The notes beneath the pieces were generated by a model. It was not told the DNA's origin, did not search any database, and was given only the letters and a program-made list of their open reading frames with translations. From contig OZ004611.1 of assembly GCA_963924565.1 (NCBI GenBank), forward strand, positions 19,964,001-20,028,000: DNA of 64,000 nucleotides, written 5' to 3'. Below, in pieces: positions 26,501 to 40,300 of this stretch; the first letter of the stretch is position 1; each line of letters opens with the position of its first letter. A program made the translations under genes and the position numbers. Source of the stretch: Ascidiella aspersa (Eukaryota).

Positions 26501-28477
26501 GAGTTTGGTTGGCGATTAGAAAAGGTTGGCAACCCCGGATTTAAAGTCTTTATGGTAATGACATAACCTGGTGAAATAATGTCCTATAGTGAATGTATGT
26601 TAGACAACCTAAAATGTGACTGACAGCTTATCGAAACGAAAGTGAAGACAATATTATGTTAGATAACGATTAATATAATAACTTACTGTAAAGGAAGATA
26701 AGTGGAGCGATATGAAATAATAGTGAGCCCAAGGGGGCACTAGTGTAAAAAAGGTTGGGAAACACTGACTTATACTTATTATCAGATTATCCACAAGTTT
26801 GTAAAGTAAACATTTGAAATAACCTTGGGCCCTTGGAAAACATTTGCTATATTGGATTTTAGTTATTTCCGGAATCACATTTGATTTTCATGCTAGATAC
26901 CTATATAAACCAGACAAGAGCTGTTGAAAATTAATATCGACTGTGTGTTTCGATATTACTATGGACATGCTCTCAGCTTTAGGTATTTACATTTTAGGCT
27001 TTTAATACTTTTACGCCTTACACCAGTGGTTCTCAACTAGGATGCCGCGGCACCATCGGGTGCCATTTCTAATCCTCAAGGGTGCCGCGACATATTTGGG
27101 AATCTCAAAGAATCCGATTTTTTTAACTCTTACAACCTTTTTTGTAAGATGAGAGTGTAATAAATCCAAGTATTATTTTCTACGTTGTGTAGAGCTGATT
27201 TGTGCTGTTCCACTTCCGTTTATTGTGACATTCTGGTGAATTACCTACAGAAAATCTTATAAGGGAGCCCCAATCTATTTATTATTTCTGATTGGTGCCG
27301 CTATCCATTAAAGGCTGAGAACCACTGCTTCACACCAATATTACTGTTGCATTTAGGCTGTGCTGGCGATTTTCGGCAGGTTCATCCCATTGCTGATTTG
27401 GTTTGTGACGTTTTTCTTTGGCTTCTCGATCGCAACGTTCTACTCGAGTGGTATGCTTTTACTATTTCTCCTCACTTCTGTAGTTCTTAAAAATCGGTAT
27501 ACACACAACTTGCTTTAGACATTTCTAAAACTAACTTGAACCTAAGCGCCTGTTTCTTGTGCACCTACATTTGCCAGGCATAATTCGAGCGCCAAAAAGA
27601 TTGTGAACATAGTTTATTAAATTTGTCAACCACACCATATACAATACATGTGCTGGATGGTTTGGCCTTCTTCTGTTCGTGATTACCTATGTTATCGTCA
27701 TATTACGTAACCTTCAAAAATTTGGAAATAAATTGTCTAATCCGGGTTGAATAAAGAGAGTTGTTAAGCCTAGTTAATAATTGTTTCAAGCTATCACTGT
27801 CATGTTTTTCAGGTATATCCTACAGTTCAAAGGTTACCAACGTGTCTGCAGCCTACATTTACATATTCGCGGTTGGAAACACCCTAGGTGGAATGACAAT
27901 GTCACCTCTGGCTGGCGTTATATTTGACGAGGACCCGTTTGCGGTGGTCAGTCCCATTTAACATAGATAATTTTGGCGCTAACGATTAACTGTCGTTCTC
28001 AAAAACTACAGAAAAATGATATCAAAAACCGCAAACTTGTGCCGAATTGAACTGTTAAATGACTAGCGAAAATTAATCTTTAATATTATTAATTAGAAGG
28101 ATATGGACTAAGTAAAATACGTGACTTTAGAAAAATAAATAGATTTATTACTTTTTAGGATCGTAGCAACTAAGTTGTCGGTTTGCAGCATTACAATTAC
28201 TGAGTAAAAAATATGTTATTTAAAAAAACTCAACTTTAACAGGTTTCAACGATTATTGAGTTTTTTTGGTGATTCGATTTAACTAAATTAACACAAAGGA
28301 ATAAAAAATAATGCTTTTGCTGTTTAACAGGTTTATCTGTTGTGCGGTTTGGCTGTCTTCAATGTTATTTGTTTTCTGTGGATGTATAAGATGGGCGAAC
28401 GCCACCTTGTCAAATTGACAGGTAGAAAACAAAGTGTTATGGAGCAAGACAACCAAGCCTTTTCAACCGAAATGTAG
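20575..28477 (+). CDS. MFS transporter, MFSD4/NaGLT1 (sodium-dependent glucose transporter 1)-like, 483 aa
   Basis: Nine phase-consistent exons: 20575-20694, 21656-21833, 22080-22196, 22547-22654, 23874-24289, 25155-25292, 27357-27450, 27813-27946, 28331-28477 (1452 nt, ATG to TAG). Motifs GPTLLYLA, VFTGRSAG, IWGEKNSRPYMQAYHFAFSVGALLAP, FWVGFGLGR. Confidence 0.9.
22736..23521. mobile_element. hAT-type non-autonomous element in MFS intron 4
   Basis: TIRs catgggcgcccgca / tgcgggcgcccctg; TSD GTCGAGGT at 22728-22735 and 23522-23529. Confidence 0.88.
24331..24600 (+). mobile_element. Penelope-like terminal-repeat relic with degenerate hammerhead core
   Basis: Inverted repeats 24331-24377 / 24489-24534; attaa-CTGAAGA-t-gatac-aacccc-gtata-AAAA-CGTC-ttaa. 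Same family as 44812-45011. Confidence 0.65.
25950..26538. mobile_element. hAT MITE
   Basis: TIRs caggggtcgccaacct / aggttggcaaccccgg; TSD ATTTAAAT/ATTTAAAG. Confidence 0.8.
27024..27327. mobile_element. hAT MITE, related to 18833-19104 and ~46200-46463
   Basis: TIRs cagtggttctca / tgagaaccactg; degenerate 8-bp TSD ccttacac/cttcacac; gggtgccgc motifs. Confidence 0.8.
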
Positions 28478-28885
28478 TTGAAATGATATATGTTCTGTTC
28501 TTTAAAATCAAAACGTGTAATCAAATGGCAATTCCGTTCGTTTAAAGTATTTGGGTTAGTCCAGAAGGACTTTTTGACGTTGAACGTCGCTTATCAACAA
28601 CTGAGAAATGTTAAGCACTGATCATTGTAATAAAATGAAAATGGCTAATCGATAATAAAACAACAACAACGATAGCTTTGCTTGTGGCATAAATCGGCAC
28701 CTCAGCAACCGACAGACCTTTGAATACAACTCTCCGGAATGACGTTAAAATTAAAATCATGTGCCGATAAATTCGTAGTTTTTAGAAATTTACTTTCTTG
28801 TGTCAATGTTTGATATAGGGTGGTACTATACAGGCAGTTGAAATTTAACAAAACAAGCAATCTCCCTTAACACACAACAAACTAT

Positions 28886-28950
28886 ATGAAAATGCCTCAA
28901 ATTATTATGAAAATGTCTCAAAATTATTATGAAAATGTCTCAAAATTATT
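28886..28950. repeat. Minisatellite, 21 bp x3
   Basis: tatgaaaatgYctcaaattat repeated three times. Confidence 0.9.
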
Positions 28951-29980
28951 AATTTGTAATGAAAAGTGCTTATTTGAGCCTAAAATGCTTGCATGCCTAT
29001 TAGTTATGAAATACTCTTTTTTCTGAAATTGCAAAAAGTTTCGAGGCACACTTGACAATCTTTCATGACACACTAGTGTGCCGCGGCACGCACACAGTTT
29101 CGGTGTCACTGACCTACACACACGAAAATATTTAATTTATAAATTTTGTAGAATTTTGATTTGTTATCAAAATAATAGGTTTTGGCATGAGGTAAGCGAA
29201 ACCAGTCAGTTGCCACTTGTGCGCCAATTATGTCGCAAACGTGTAACGAACGCGTTTTGCACTCGAACGTTGTGACATGAAAGTTCGTCCCCGTTTTGCG
29301 ACATGAAGGGCCAGAAACCCTACGCGAAAGCCATTCAGGAAAGTATCTTTTGTAACAGTTGCCGAACTAGGAGGAGAAACTGACCCCGTTACTAAATAGA
29401 CCCATGTATTGGGTTTCACCTCAGCACCGTTTTGCATGACAACGAGGACTTGCGTACGCTTGATTGACACACAAGGCGGGTGTTTTTTTTTCCGACGGAT
29501 CGCTAACACGTCATATTTTCCACAGATTGTTTCGTAAAAAGATGTCCAGCTTCGTGTATATGACGTTACGTCACAGCTGCGGAGTATATAACAGGTGTAT
29601 GTGTGGGGCACAAGATGACAAAACTATATAGAGACTCTTTTTGTCGAAAAACATTCTTGTATCGTTTGCGCACGGTATAAAAAAGTAAAAAGTATTTTTG
29701 AAATTTCTTAGAGAAATCTGTTGCCTAAAAGTAGAGCATCAATTTATTTTTTTACTCAAAATGCAATACAATAAATAATGGACAGGACAGTTGTTTAAAT
29801 TCAATATTTGTTATTTACCAAATATGGTGACGTATAACGAAATTGAAAAAGAGTTTAATATTTTATTATTCTATTAGCAGCCTGGACTTGATTCTGTTGA
29901 ATAAACCTGACATTATATAATTGTCCCGTTAGACTGCCTCTGAAATTCGTTCAAGTCAATTCAAACTTATCGGCACAAAA

Positions 29981-32479
29981 ATGAAGCCGCATGGGCGCGC
30001 AACGATCATGATAGTTCTCGTGTTATGCGTGACCTCACACTTGGTGACGTCATCCTGTCCGTGCCGTCGCAAGCGTCGCGACTGCTCGCGGCACCGCTAC
30101 CGACGCGCCTTCGACAGCTGCGCATCTTGCGAAAAGTTTGTTCAGAGGTACGGACTAAACCCGGTATTGGTGCCGCGATCGAAAGGAAGTTCACTCGAAA
30201 ACTGGACGAGGCATTATTGTCGGGGCAGGTGAGGTTATAGTGTTTGACTGCATCTTTGACAGATACCGATAAACCAGTGTCTTTAACACCATTGTTGTAA
30301 ACAGGTCATTTTGAAATGAAATAAGTCCCAAGTCAAGTTTGGATCATAATGGTTGGAGGTTTTAGTAAGACGTAATAAGTATATCAAAGCCCATACAGAA
30401 GTAGTAGCATTCTGATCGTTTCGAATAAGTCTTTATTCATTTTCAACATCAAAGTCAAAGTATTTTGCAAAGTCCCAGTCAAGTCATTTTGGGAGAAGGT
30501 CAATTTAAGTTAAGTCATTGACATAAAAAAGAAACTAATAAAATTGGTCGTCATTTTATGAGCAATAAATCCAAACAAAATTAAAAACGCTATATACAGC
30601 AAGCGAATTGTTTTACTTGCAAAAATTAATACAAATAACCCAATTTTATTAAGATATATTTAATGAACACACTTAATCTTAACCCAATTTATTTGACAAA
30701 ATAACAAGGGGCGGGTGTTTCCTAAATAAATGGTATACTTAAATTTACAAACAAATTCCCGCGTTCTTTATTCTGGATTGTTGTTTTGTTAAGCTGAATG
30801 TGCAATGGGTCCCTTGCTTTTAATAGTGATTTTCATTAGCGATTTTTCTAATGTAAAACCTTATTTCGCCTGAATTTGAACAACACGTTTATAGCACCGC
30901 CTAAAACAAAAAATTACAGCTGGTAATATCAGCAAGGCGCCGCTTCAGCAAATTCTTTATTCTAGACTTGGGGTAAAATATATGGTTAACATTCTTACCT
31001 CACTTTTTCACAATGACCAAGCTATAGTCGCGTAAAGGTGAAGATTACGCACCGCTGCTCTTCTATCAAATGTAATATATTAATACAAAACGTTTTCGTC
31101 GAAATGCAGTTGCGAAGTAAATGCTACGAAAGTATTTCCACAGCAATCGGACTACATGATTAAGCCAAACTTTGCGTCTAAATATAATTTGAATCGCCCT
31201 ACAGCAAACCTGTAACAACCTAAATAAGTCGTAACAAACAATTGGAAAATTTCTTATCTTGTTCGGCAGTGTTTCCGCTAAGGTGCGCAACTGGAGAAAC
31301 ATCCCAATAATATTCGCACTTGGAAAATCAGATTTCTATTAGGGTTTAGCAATAAACCTGAACGAAGTGCATAAAATCAAATAAGGGGTCCGTGAACTAG
31401 TTTTAGGGGGGTCATGAAGGTCTAATTAGTGTATATTTAAGAAGTAATCTTTGGAGCATAATGGTTGGAGGTTGTAGTAAGACGTAATAAGAATATCAAA
31501 GCCCATACAGAAGTAGGTATCATTTTGGACGTTTTCGATAACTCTTTATTCATTTTCAACATCTTAAGAGTTATTCGAAACGTCCAAAATGATACCTACT
31601 TCTGTATGGGCTTTGATATTCTTATTACGTCTTAAGAAGTAATCGATTTTTAAAAAAAGAGTTTAATTGAAAATAAAGCGGTTTTGCACTAATGGGTTTA
31701 GACTTTATTTTACTTTTACATTTTCGGCCTGAAATCAGCAGATTTCTTAAGTTTATTGTATTGTGACGTCAATTTATTACGTAATCTTTGAAATATTTTT
31801 TGCCTAACGTGGTCCACGCGCAGAAAAAAAATAATGGGTCGACGGTAAAAAAAGAACCACTGCACTAACTTAACCTTTTTTCCTAACATAACGATTAAAA
31901 AGTTGCGAACCATGAACGGCTGGAAAATATCACAATCTTGAAATGAAAAAAATACTTTCATTGGCGAAAAAACAGGTCCAACTTTTCCACAAAATTGTTC
32001 TGTTGAGCCTAAACGTTTCTTTCCGCATCGTTCTAATTTATTTCTACCTTCTGGCAAATGAAGCTGAGGTGATGGTATGTACAATACTGTATCAGAACCA
32101 AAACGGTCCGGTTGGTGTACTATAACATGCATGACATGAGTACGATGGACCAACATTATTTATAAACTTATAAATCAACCATGGTAGAACCCCCTCTATG
32201 GTTGACTTAATAAGTTATTCTTTTGGTTCACAAAAACAATCAAAAAGTTGTGTGACTTTTTCATTTTCTTTTTATCTCAGCGACCCAACGTTCGTTTCGG
32301 AGCTGACGTCTTGTCAGAGTTGCTCGGCCGGACTCTTTCCTTACAGCGCTGGCGTACTCTACTCCCGCTACATACGAACTCCCCACTACGTATGCCATCC
32401 GTGTGGTGCAGCGTGGTACCCGGTGCTGAAAACAAGAAGGGTTGGCTGCGAATGCAGTTTCGTTACATTCGTGAAATAG
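29981..32479 (+). CDS. Secreted cysteine-rich protein, 148 aa; putative divergent IL-17/cystine-knot cytokine
   Basis: Exons 29981-30228 (AG|GTGAGG donor, phase 2) and 32281-32479 (pyrimidine tract plus CAG) join in frame. Both are GC-rich islands in AT-rich DNA. Signal peptide, RRKRR and RYRR sites, terminal VGCEC. The gene itself is well supported; the family assignment is tentative. Confidence 0.8.
31437..31644. repeat. Near-perfect 69-bp-arm hairpin insertion flanked by 13-bp direct repeats (Penelope-like relic)
   Basis: Arms 31478-31546 and 31566-31634; TTAAGAAGTAATC at 31437-31449 and 31632-31644. A single-arm copy lies at about 30341-30450. Confidence 0.85.
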
Positions 32480-34376
32480 AATTAGGCACCCAAGATGTTT
32501 TTCCCTATTAACCGACCTGCTTGATTTTGTGCTTTGGTTGCCTTTCTCCCCTTTAACTAATTCAATTTTCAGTTTGTTTAGAATTTACTTTGATTTTTTT
32601 TTCAATTTAAAAATGGTATATTTAAATGGTGACTGACGTTTAGCGATAATTTTGCCAACTAATAAAGTTCTAAACCATTAAAAGTTTCAACAAATTTCAA
32701 TGGAACCCATGTCACTTTTTTACCTGTCTTAATTTGTATAAGTATCTAAATTTACACAAATAGCTCTGATATTAATTTGTTTTCTTTTCTAGTTTCCGAA
32801 GCGGGTCATTTATTTACTGTTACATCACAGCTTATACCAGGTTGATCCACGATTTACCGATTAACTGAGTCGCAATACTATTGACGTATTTATCGCAGAC
32901 CACACACAAATGACAAACACCCTTACCGATCGTTATTTAAGAATTGTAATTTTCTTAACTTTTGAATTTTTTTCTGAATATAGGTGTGAAGTGATTTTTC
33001 AGGGCTTTACTAAATTAAATAATCTTCCTCAAACCGCAACTGAATATGTCGGGCCTCGAGTTGGAGGACCCCGTATAGTGTAACGCTTAGCTGATGTTGC
33101 ATGAAACATGTCTATATGCGTTTTTATGTACTGTAGCTTATTGATCGTTTGTTCTTCACGCTAACTATTCAATTGAAATCAACATTTTTTTTTATTATCG
33201 TCGGACATTTATTTGCCATTGTTAATTATAACACGAAAATAAATGCAAATCAGAAATGAAAAGCACCAGCTGGAAAAAAAGTGTTTCCACCATTATAAAG
33301 TAATACATTCCATTTTGTTTGGTTTATTATGAAAAGTATATACAGACCAAAAATAGGTTTAAATACCACATTTATTTTACTGTATAGTTATTGTTCTTCC
33401 AATTGATCATTTTAACTTCCTTTATACGCGCCACCTATTTTTTTTAGTTTTACATCGTTAGGTTTATACGACACCGAATTGCTTGCAAATGATAAAGATT
33501 GTTGTTAAACTCCTATAGCCGCTGACTTTATTCTGCGTTTATAAAAGACCCAACACTTTACTATAACATTGAAATCCGTTCCATTCTAAAATTGTTGATT
33601 ACTATAACATTGAAAATTACCATCCATTTGACAGCGTAAGTTGGCACAATATAATGAAATAAACATACGTGTATGAAAATCAACAATTTTAGACTTGGAA
33701 TGTACAGCTGCGTTTATGTATAAATCCCATGGGACAGTGCGTATATGCATTTCAGATATAGGTACAGAGATAGAAACTCTTATGCTACTGACTAAGATGA
33801 TCATAGTTATATCATAATTATACCATTGGGATTAATTTTACCATGTGAACCGATCAACAATAAAAAACATTTCGCTGAGGTTGGGCAGATGGTTCATTTT
33901 AAATCATTTTATCAAAGCACAGATTTTATTGTACGAGTCCTTATATAAGCCTAAAAAAAATTGCAATGCATACGTTAATGTAATTAATTGACCAAAACCA
34001 ACTTGAAATTAAACAAAAAGTTAACGTCAAGTAAACAAAAATGAAATATATAAGAGGTTATTGCGGGGACCACTATACGAGTTGTTCTAATGACTGATAG
34101 CGGTCCACGGCCTGGATTGTGGAGCCCATTGTGTTATGACATTTAACCTTATTATTAAAAGAACATGCGGCGGTTGATAAAGCAAAGCATATGAGGCTTG
34201 CAATATAACAAAAATAGTTTGTGCACGACAGGTTATTTAACAAAGGCACTGCGTATGTGATGCTGTTATACAAAAACAAGGCTAAAAAAATCAATGCAAC
34301 TTTGGGCACTTTTCCACGTACTAATTGTTAAAATGAAATCATGTGTAGCGCGGTTGCTCGTGTCTACCACCACGCT

Positions 34377-37300
34377 TCACTTTTCGGGGTAAGGGTCACT
34401 GACATCATCACTGACGGCCTGCGCGAACGTGGGCAGCGCTGTCATGGCAACGTCCTTGGGTGGACCGGTCAGTGGGTCGTAGAGAATGCTCCTGTCTTGC
34501 GGGCCCCACTTCGGACTTGGTCGGAACAACTGAAAAACGTAGTTTGCTGTTAAAGTATAGGTATACATATGCTGTTGCTACTGTCAGGCATAATATACTC
34601 ACAAGATATACTCTTACGACAAGTTATGTATTATTTTATTTTACGTTTCGACTTCCCATAAAGTGTTTCTCAACCATTTTTCGTGTTTCTCAACCATTTT
34701 TCGCAAATACTAAGCGTAATTATAACAGCAAAGGATTGCCTATCCAACTCTTCAATGAATATTTTTTTCAATGAATATTTTTTCAAGTGAACAAATAATT
34801 CAAGTTTAATTAATATGAGCCATTTATTCGTAATGGTTCCGCGTTTTTTTAGTTATCGGGAAAATCGTGCTCAGAAGCTTCTTTAAAGACGTGACATCAA
34901 GCGTTTCAAACCGCGTTTTTTTAAACAGTTGAAGTTAATTATAAGACTTCTGGTGTAAAATAGAGAAAAATTCGAATCGATTTTCAATATGTATATGGGG
35001 TTTGCTTATAGCATGATTACCGGTGCTACTTGGAGTATAAGCAAAACAGCTTGGGTCCAATGTAGGACAAGTCACTTTTTAGAAACCTAATCAAGTATAA
35101 CTTCTTGCCTGGACCTCGCCTTACTTGTTTTTGAAAAGTTACATAACATAGTTATGGTAACTCATCTTACTAAAGTTTCCTTTTTACCGCGTAGCCTACT
35201 GCATTTCCAACTACCGCTTGTCGCATTTTGTAAATTTCATCATGATATAGATTCCATTATTTGTTTTACATATTGTGTAGAAAATATGTCATAGCTTTCG
35301 CAAAACAGCATACGTCTAACGTTCGGTGTAGAGTAGTCCACGAACATCGTGAATATTTTTAGGGGGGAAGTGTGAAAATCAACGTTTTTCTGTTATTTCA
35401 TACTTTGAATTTTATCCGATATAAACACTTTACATCTAAAGCAAGATTTAAAAAAATGAAAGTTTTTTAACGGTTTAAAATAAGCTTACCTCGGAAATGG
35501 ACTCTCCCTTGTATAGGCCACGCGCCAGTCGGTACAACATGTAGAGCGGCACAACCACGACGCAAGTGGCGCTCATGCAAATGCCCAAGTCGTCGGCCCA
35601 CTTGGGGTAGACGTCGTTTGAAGTCGGGTAGGCGATCGGCGTGTGCTGGATGGCCGCGTATATGATCACGAACTGAAAGCAGAAAAGGTTTTTCACGCTT
35701 ATTTCTACGAAGAGAGGCAAATGATGTTCGCCTGCAAAACTATCAAAAAAAGCTGCCAAATTAGCAGAAACGCACAGGTAAATAAATCAACTTCAAAATG
35801 ACGAAATTTTGTTGTCATCGCCCTTTTTCGGGCAGAAGCGAATCTAGTGAGCGGTTACAATTAAGGACGGCTTTTGTGACCAAGCAATATGCGAAACTCT
35901 TACATGTGCTTAAGGCGCCTCGTTTACTTTTTACATTAAAACATATATCCTTTATCCTTTTTACATTAAAACAAAGATAAACCAAACAACTGCTATGTTA
36001 TTCGCGCTTTGCACAATTAGACTCGATTTCGGCGGCATATTTGCATACAAATTCGCTAAAGAACATTTTTTAAAGATAGTGTTTTTGACGAAACGTTTTG
36101 ACACAACTTTATTATCTTTAAAAAGTTTCGTGCCTATCAAAGAAAATTCTTATTTCCGCCACGGTATTTATATGTGACCATTTCTTCCGTCTATTTGCAA
36201 ATAGAATATATTAGCTCCGCTGATAATAATTTCCAACCGAGAAAAGCTTTATGCCTCAAGCCATTGCGCTTTACTCACCAGCAAGAGCCCTGGGGTAATA
36301 AGCATCCAGTTGATCCGGAAATACCAGTTCGGTTGGAATCCGATCATCAGCTTGACGTCGCTAAGGAGTCTCCACTTGTACGTGAAGAAAAATCCTACAT
36401 TAAACCTTTAGTTTAATATACGAAGCGTCGCTTTAAATTTGTTTACTTGCATGAACTCGTTTGATTGATTGTAACGTAAACTTGCTTAAAAGTTCAGGGT
36501 TTCGGCATTCCATTATTATTTTAAAATGGTAATATTGGATAGAGTCACATGTAATTTTGCTTACTAAAATGTTAACACGAAGCCATTACACAGTTAGGTA
36601 TTAAAATGACCAGTTACACGCCCTTGAGCAGGTTATACCTGAAATAAGCAATTTGCAACCAGCACTTACCGTATCCCCAATTAGCAGCAACACACAGGAT
36701 CAGCGACAGAATAAGGAGTCCGTAGAACGCCGAATAGGTGTTGTAGAGCTGGAACCAGTACATTCCCCCCTGTGACAAGTTGGGCCTACAGTTAGGTGCT
36801 AATATATCTACGTTGCTATGTTCGATTCACTTTTCCAATTAAAAAAAGTAAAGATAAAAAAAAATGTTGTTTTACGTCCACACAAATTTAAGTGCCATCA
36901 TTTAGGTGCGACATTGGTTAACAACCTCAATAAATAACTATGAGCAAAATGTGGAAAACTTGAGTTTTTAGACAAAGACAATCGGCTGTTTATGTGTTTC
37001 ACCACATTTTACCTGGGTTACTAAGAGAATTCCGAGAAGAAACGAAATAGTGCAGATAAGGGCTGTGAAAGCTGCCTTCTTTGGGCGCAGGAATTCCGGA
37101 AATTCGTCTAGAAAGCCGGTAATAATGGTTTCCACCATCGCGAACTGTAAACAACACAAACAGAAAGGTTATATTTCTAACCATGAACTCTTTGTGGCTG
37201 CGTTGCACTATAGTTGGAATGTTTTCTAAAAACGCTGCATATAACCCCGGGGTATAACGGGAGTGGTTCAATTTTGCGCCGGTACTAATACAGCAGCATT

Positions 37301-40300
37301 TAAATCTATTAGGAGCCAAGGTTGCTAAGGCTTTCTGAGGACCAAAATAGTATACAATCCTATCCGGTAACTTCTTGAGGCATTATTCCGAAGCGTGTTG
37401 TAAACTCGGGACTGTGCTGACATGATTATCTCAAACCGCATGTGGTGTAACCCCGGATGTATTTGCCATTATTATTGTGCTTTGCTGTACACCAGGGGTA
37501 TCCAAACCGCTCTCGCGAGCCACATGCGGCTGATTGCAGTTTGCTAAAATCTAATTTATACTTGATTTTTATTCCACATTTTTTCGTACAAGACTTTTTT
37601 TATGGCGTCACGTTTGTACCACGCACTCCTCAAACAAAATTACCCACCATTGCTCAGATTATATTTCTTTTTCTAGAATAAAGTTAGATTTTAGAAACTT
37701 TCAGAGCATGACTTCATTTGTTCGAGAATAGTGTGCGACATCTCTCACAAATCTAGCTGAGCAAAGGTAAGTGTGCAATTATGGAAGAAACAGAGTGGTT
37801 TTATTTTTGCCCAATTTAAGGAGTGGTGCATTGCGGTTACCCAAGCAAGAACAGTGGCTATTGGTCTCTGACTGGTTGGCTTCCTTGTTATATGGGAATG
37901 ACTTACACACTAGGAAATAGTTTGATATGTTTGATTTATTTTATAAGACGATTTTAATATTACAAACATAAATAATAAGTATACCTGACTGTCCAATCCT
38001 AGGGTGAGCAGCATGAAGAAGAAAAGTATAGACCACAGCTGGGGAACTGGCAGAAGTGAGACAGCCTCCGGGTACACGATAAAGGCTAAGCCAGGGCCTA
38101 AGCAACAAAACGTCGTGTTTATTAATATGATACAAAGTTTCTAAAACTAACATAAAACATTAAACACAGCAGTATGAAAGTAAGGTAGAACTCACTAGTA
38201 AGGACCTAAGTATACGTAAATATATGCTATGCGTATCATATGGTATTATTCCGTTAGATAATAATTTTTAGATAAATGCAGGTGCTAGTTTTTGTAATTG
38301 CAGGTAAAATTTCGTGTTATCGTTTAAATGTGTTGAAAAAACAAAACAATCAGCATTCCATACATACATTTTGCTAAGAAATGACCTATTAAACAATGAT
38401 AATAATTTATATAGTGGTACCTAATCCATAAAACGTACCCTGTGCTGCCACGTCCTGCACTTGAATGCCAAGCTTGAATGCCATGTGACCAATCACGGAG
38501 AATATGACAAACCCGGCGAATATGCTGGTGGCACAGTTGCCAATAGCGACGATCAGCGTATCTCTAAAAAGCAAAAACGAGTTTACGCGAACTACGTTGA
38601 GCGTCTGCCGTTTGATTAGATTTCAACAAAGCCTATATTATACAAAAAGCTACAATAGATGTTTAGAGCGTCTACCATGTTAGACCCAATTCTATCGCCG
38701 CACTATAAATTCACGCTTGTACGTGGTCCTGAAGGTTGTGTAATTGTCATAGGCCTCAATGTTTAAAGAGAATCATTAACCCTTAACCAGGAAATAAGGA
38801 CTGTCAAGGATGAATCTATTAACCACATCGCGCCAGTTAAGCCACCATCGTACAGTATCATATTTTTTCATGCGAATTACCTGACAATAAGGATTTTCAC
38901 TAGTTCACTTTTTATCACCTGTAAATGTTGTTGTTGAACTTGTTGTATGACGCGAAAGTGAGCAAACCCCCGAAAGAAATTCCCAAAGAGTAGAAGATCT
39001 GTGTGGCAGCGTCTTTCCAAACCTTAATGGGTAACAACATTGTAAAAAAACATAGATCGAGATTTACTATTGATTAAAGCCATGCGTCCTTATTTTACCT
39101 TAGCGGTTTGAAGCTTGTACCATTTGGGCCTCACGTAGAACTTAATTCCGTCGAGTGCGCCCTCCAGTGTACAGCCTCGGACTAGCAGAATGATGAGAAT
39201 GATGTAGGGGAAGGTGGCGGTGAAATAGACCACCTATAAACAACAGGAAAATTAGTATTGGAATAAAAATAAGAGGTGTAAGCAGTTTACGTTTGTTGTA
39301 TACATACCATAACACTATTTATTTGGCCAGCTCTATTGAATCGATTGACGTCAGATAACCTTAAACTCAGTTCCGTAACGGAATTCTTACCGAGCAGACG
39401 CTTTCTAAGAAAAATGATATGTCACTAACATTTATACTTTTTGCCCCAGGCGCCAATGTAAGTTTATCAATGAGAACTGAAGAATTTGGTAAAGGTCGCA
39501 TGCGGAGCTCATTGGAAATTCCAAAATGACGAATGATTTATTAAAGCTATCGTTAGAAATAGCCAATACTTGTGAAAATTATGGTTAAAACATACAGTTC
39601 TACGTAGGTTATTTTCAGATCTGTTATTAGAGTTAAACCATTTGGTTAATATTATCTTCTTACGGAAATTGTTCAGTCGTATAACTCCCTGTGATATTTC
39701 ATCCTAGGTTTTATATTTAATTTGTGTCTGTGTAAACGTCATGTGCTGTGACCTCTTGAAGAAACAAAACAATAAACGCAACAACAAAGATATAAAAACA
39801 TGCAGTGCAAATCAGCATGAATTAAATTTTACGAATTTATTATTTTTTGTAGAAAAATTATGTCACCAAAACATTCTTAAAAAGATTTACCATAATCCCT
39901 TTTGTTTAAAAAAGAGGTGTGAGATTCTTCGTAAACTAAAAAAATAAATTAAACCACTAAACAAAGTAATGCCGACCTTTCCGGACGATTGCACTCCTTT
40001 GATGAGACAGAAAAACACCAGCAGCCAAGCGAGTAACAGGCATAACACCAAATCCCACAGCACTTCGCCAGGGTCTTCAATGCCGGTGCTCTTGTTCAGC
40101 CTGAGCACACGATTTCTGCCAAAAATGGGGATGTTAGGAAAAGATTCGTGGAATAGATATCGCCTTGGTCAGTACAATTTTGTTTTGGAAGGCCAATTTA
40201 CCACAATAGGTGGAAATAGTTTTTACCAGGACGAAAAATGTATATCAAATCACACGAACTTGGTTTGTGAACTGCAGTAAGTAGTTTAGATTTAACAGAT

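Noticed and set aside
29228-29611. 127-aa minus-strand ORF upstream of the Cys-rich gene
   Set aside because: No recognisable domain or splice partners. More likely upstream regulatory DNA (TATA-like and TGACGT motifs), which I cannot support either.
31716-32156. 146-aa minus-strand ORF in the Cys-rich gene's intron
   Set aside because: Low-information composition and no homology I recognise; probably repeat-derived.
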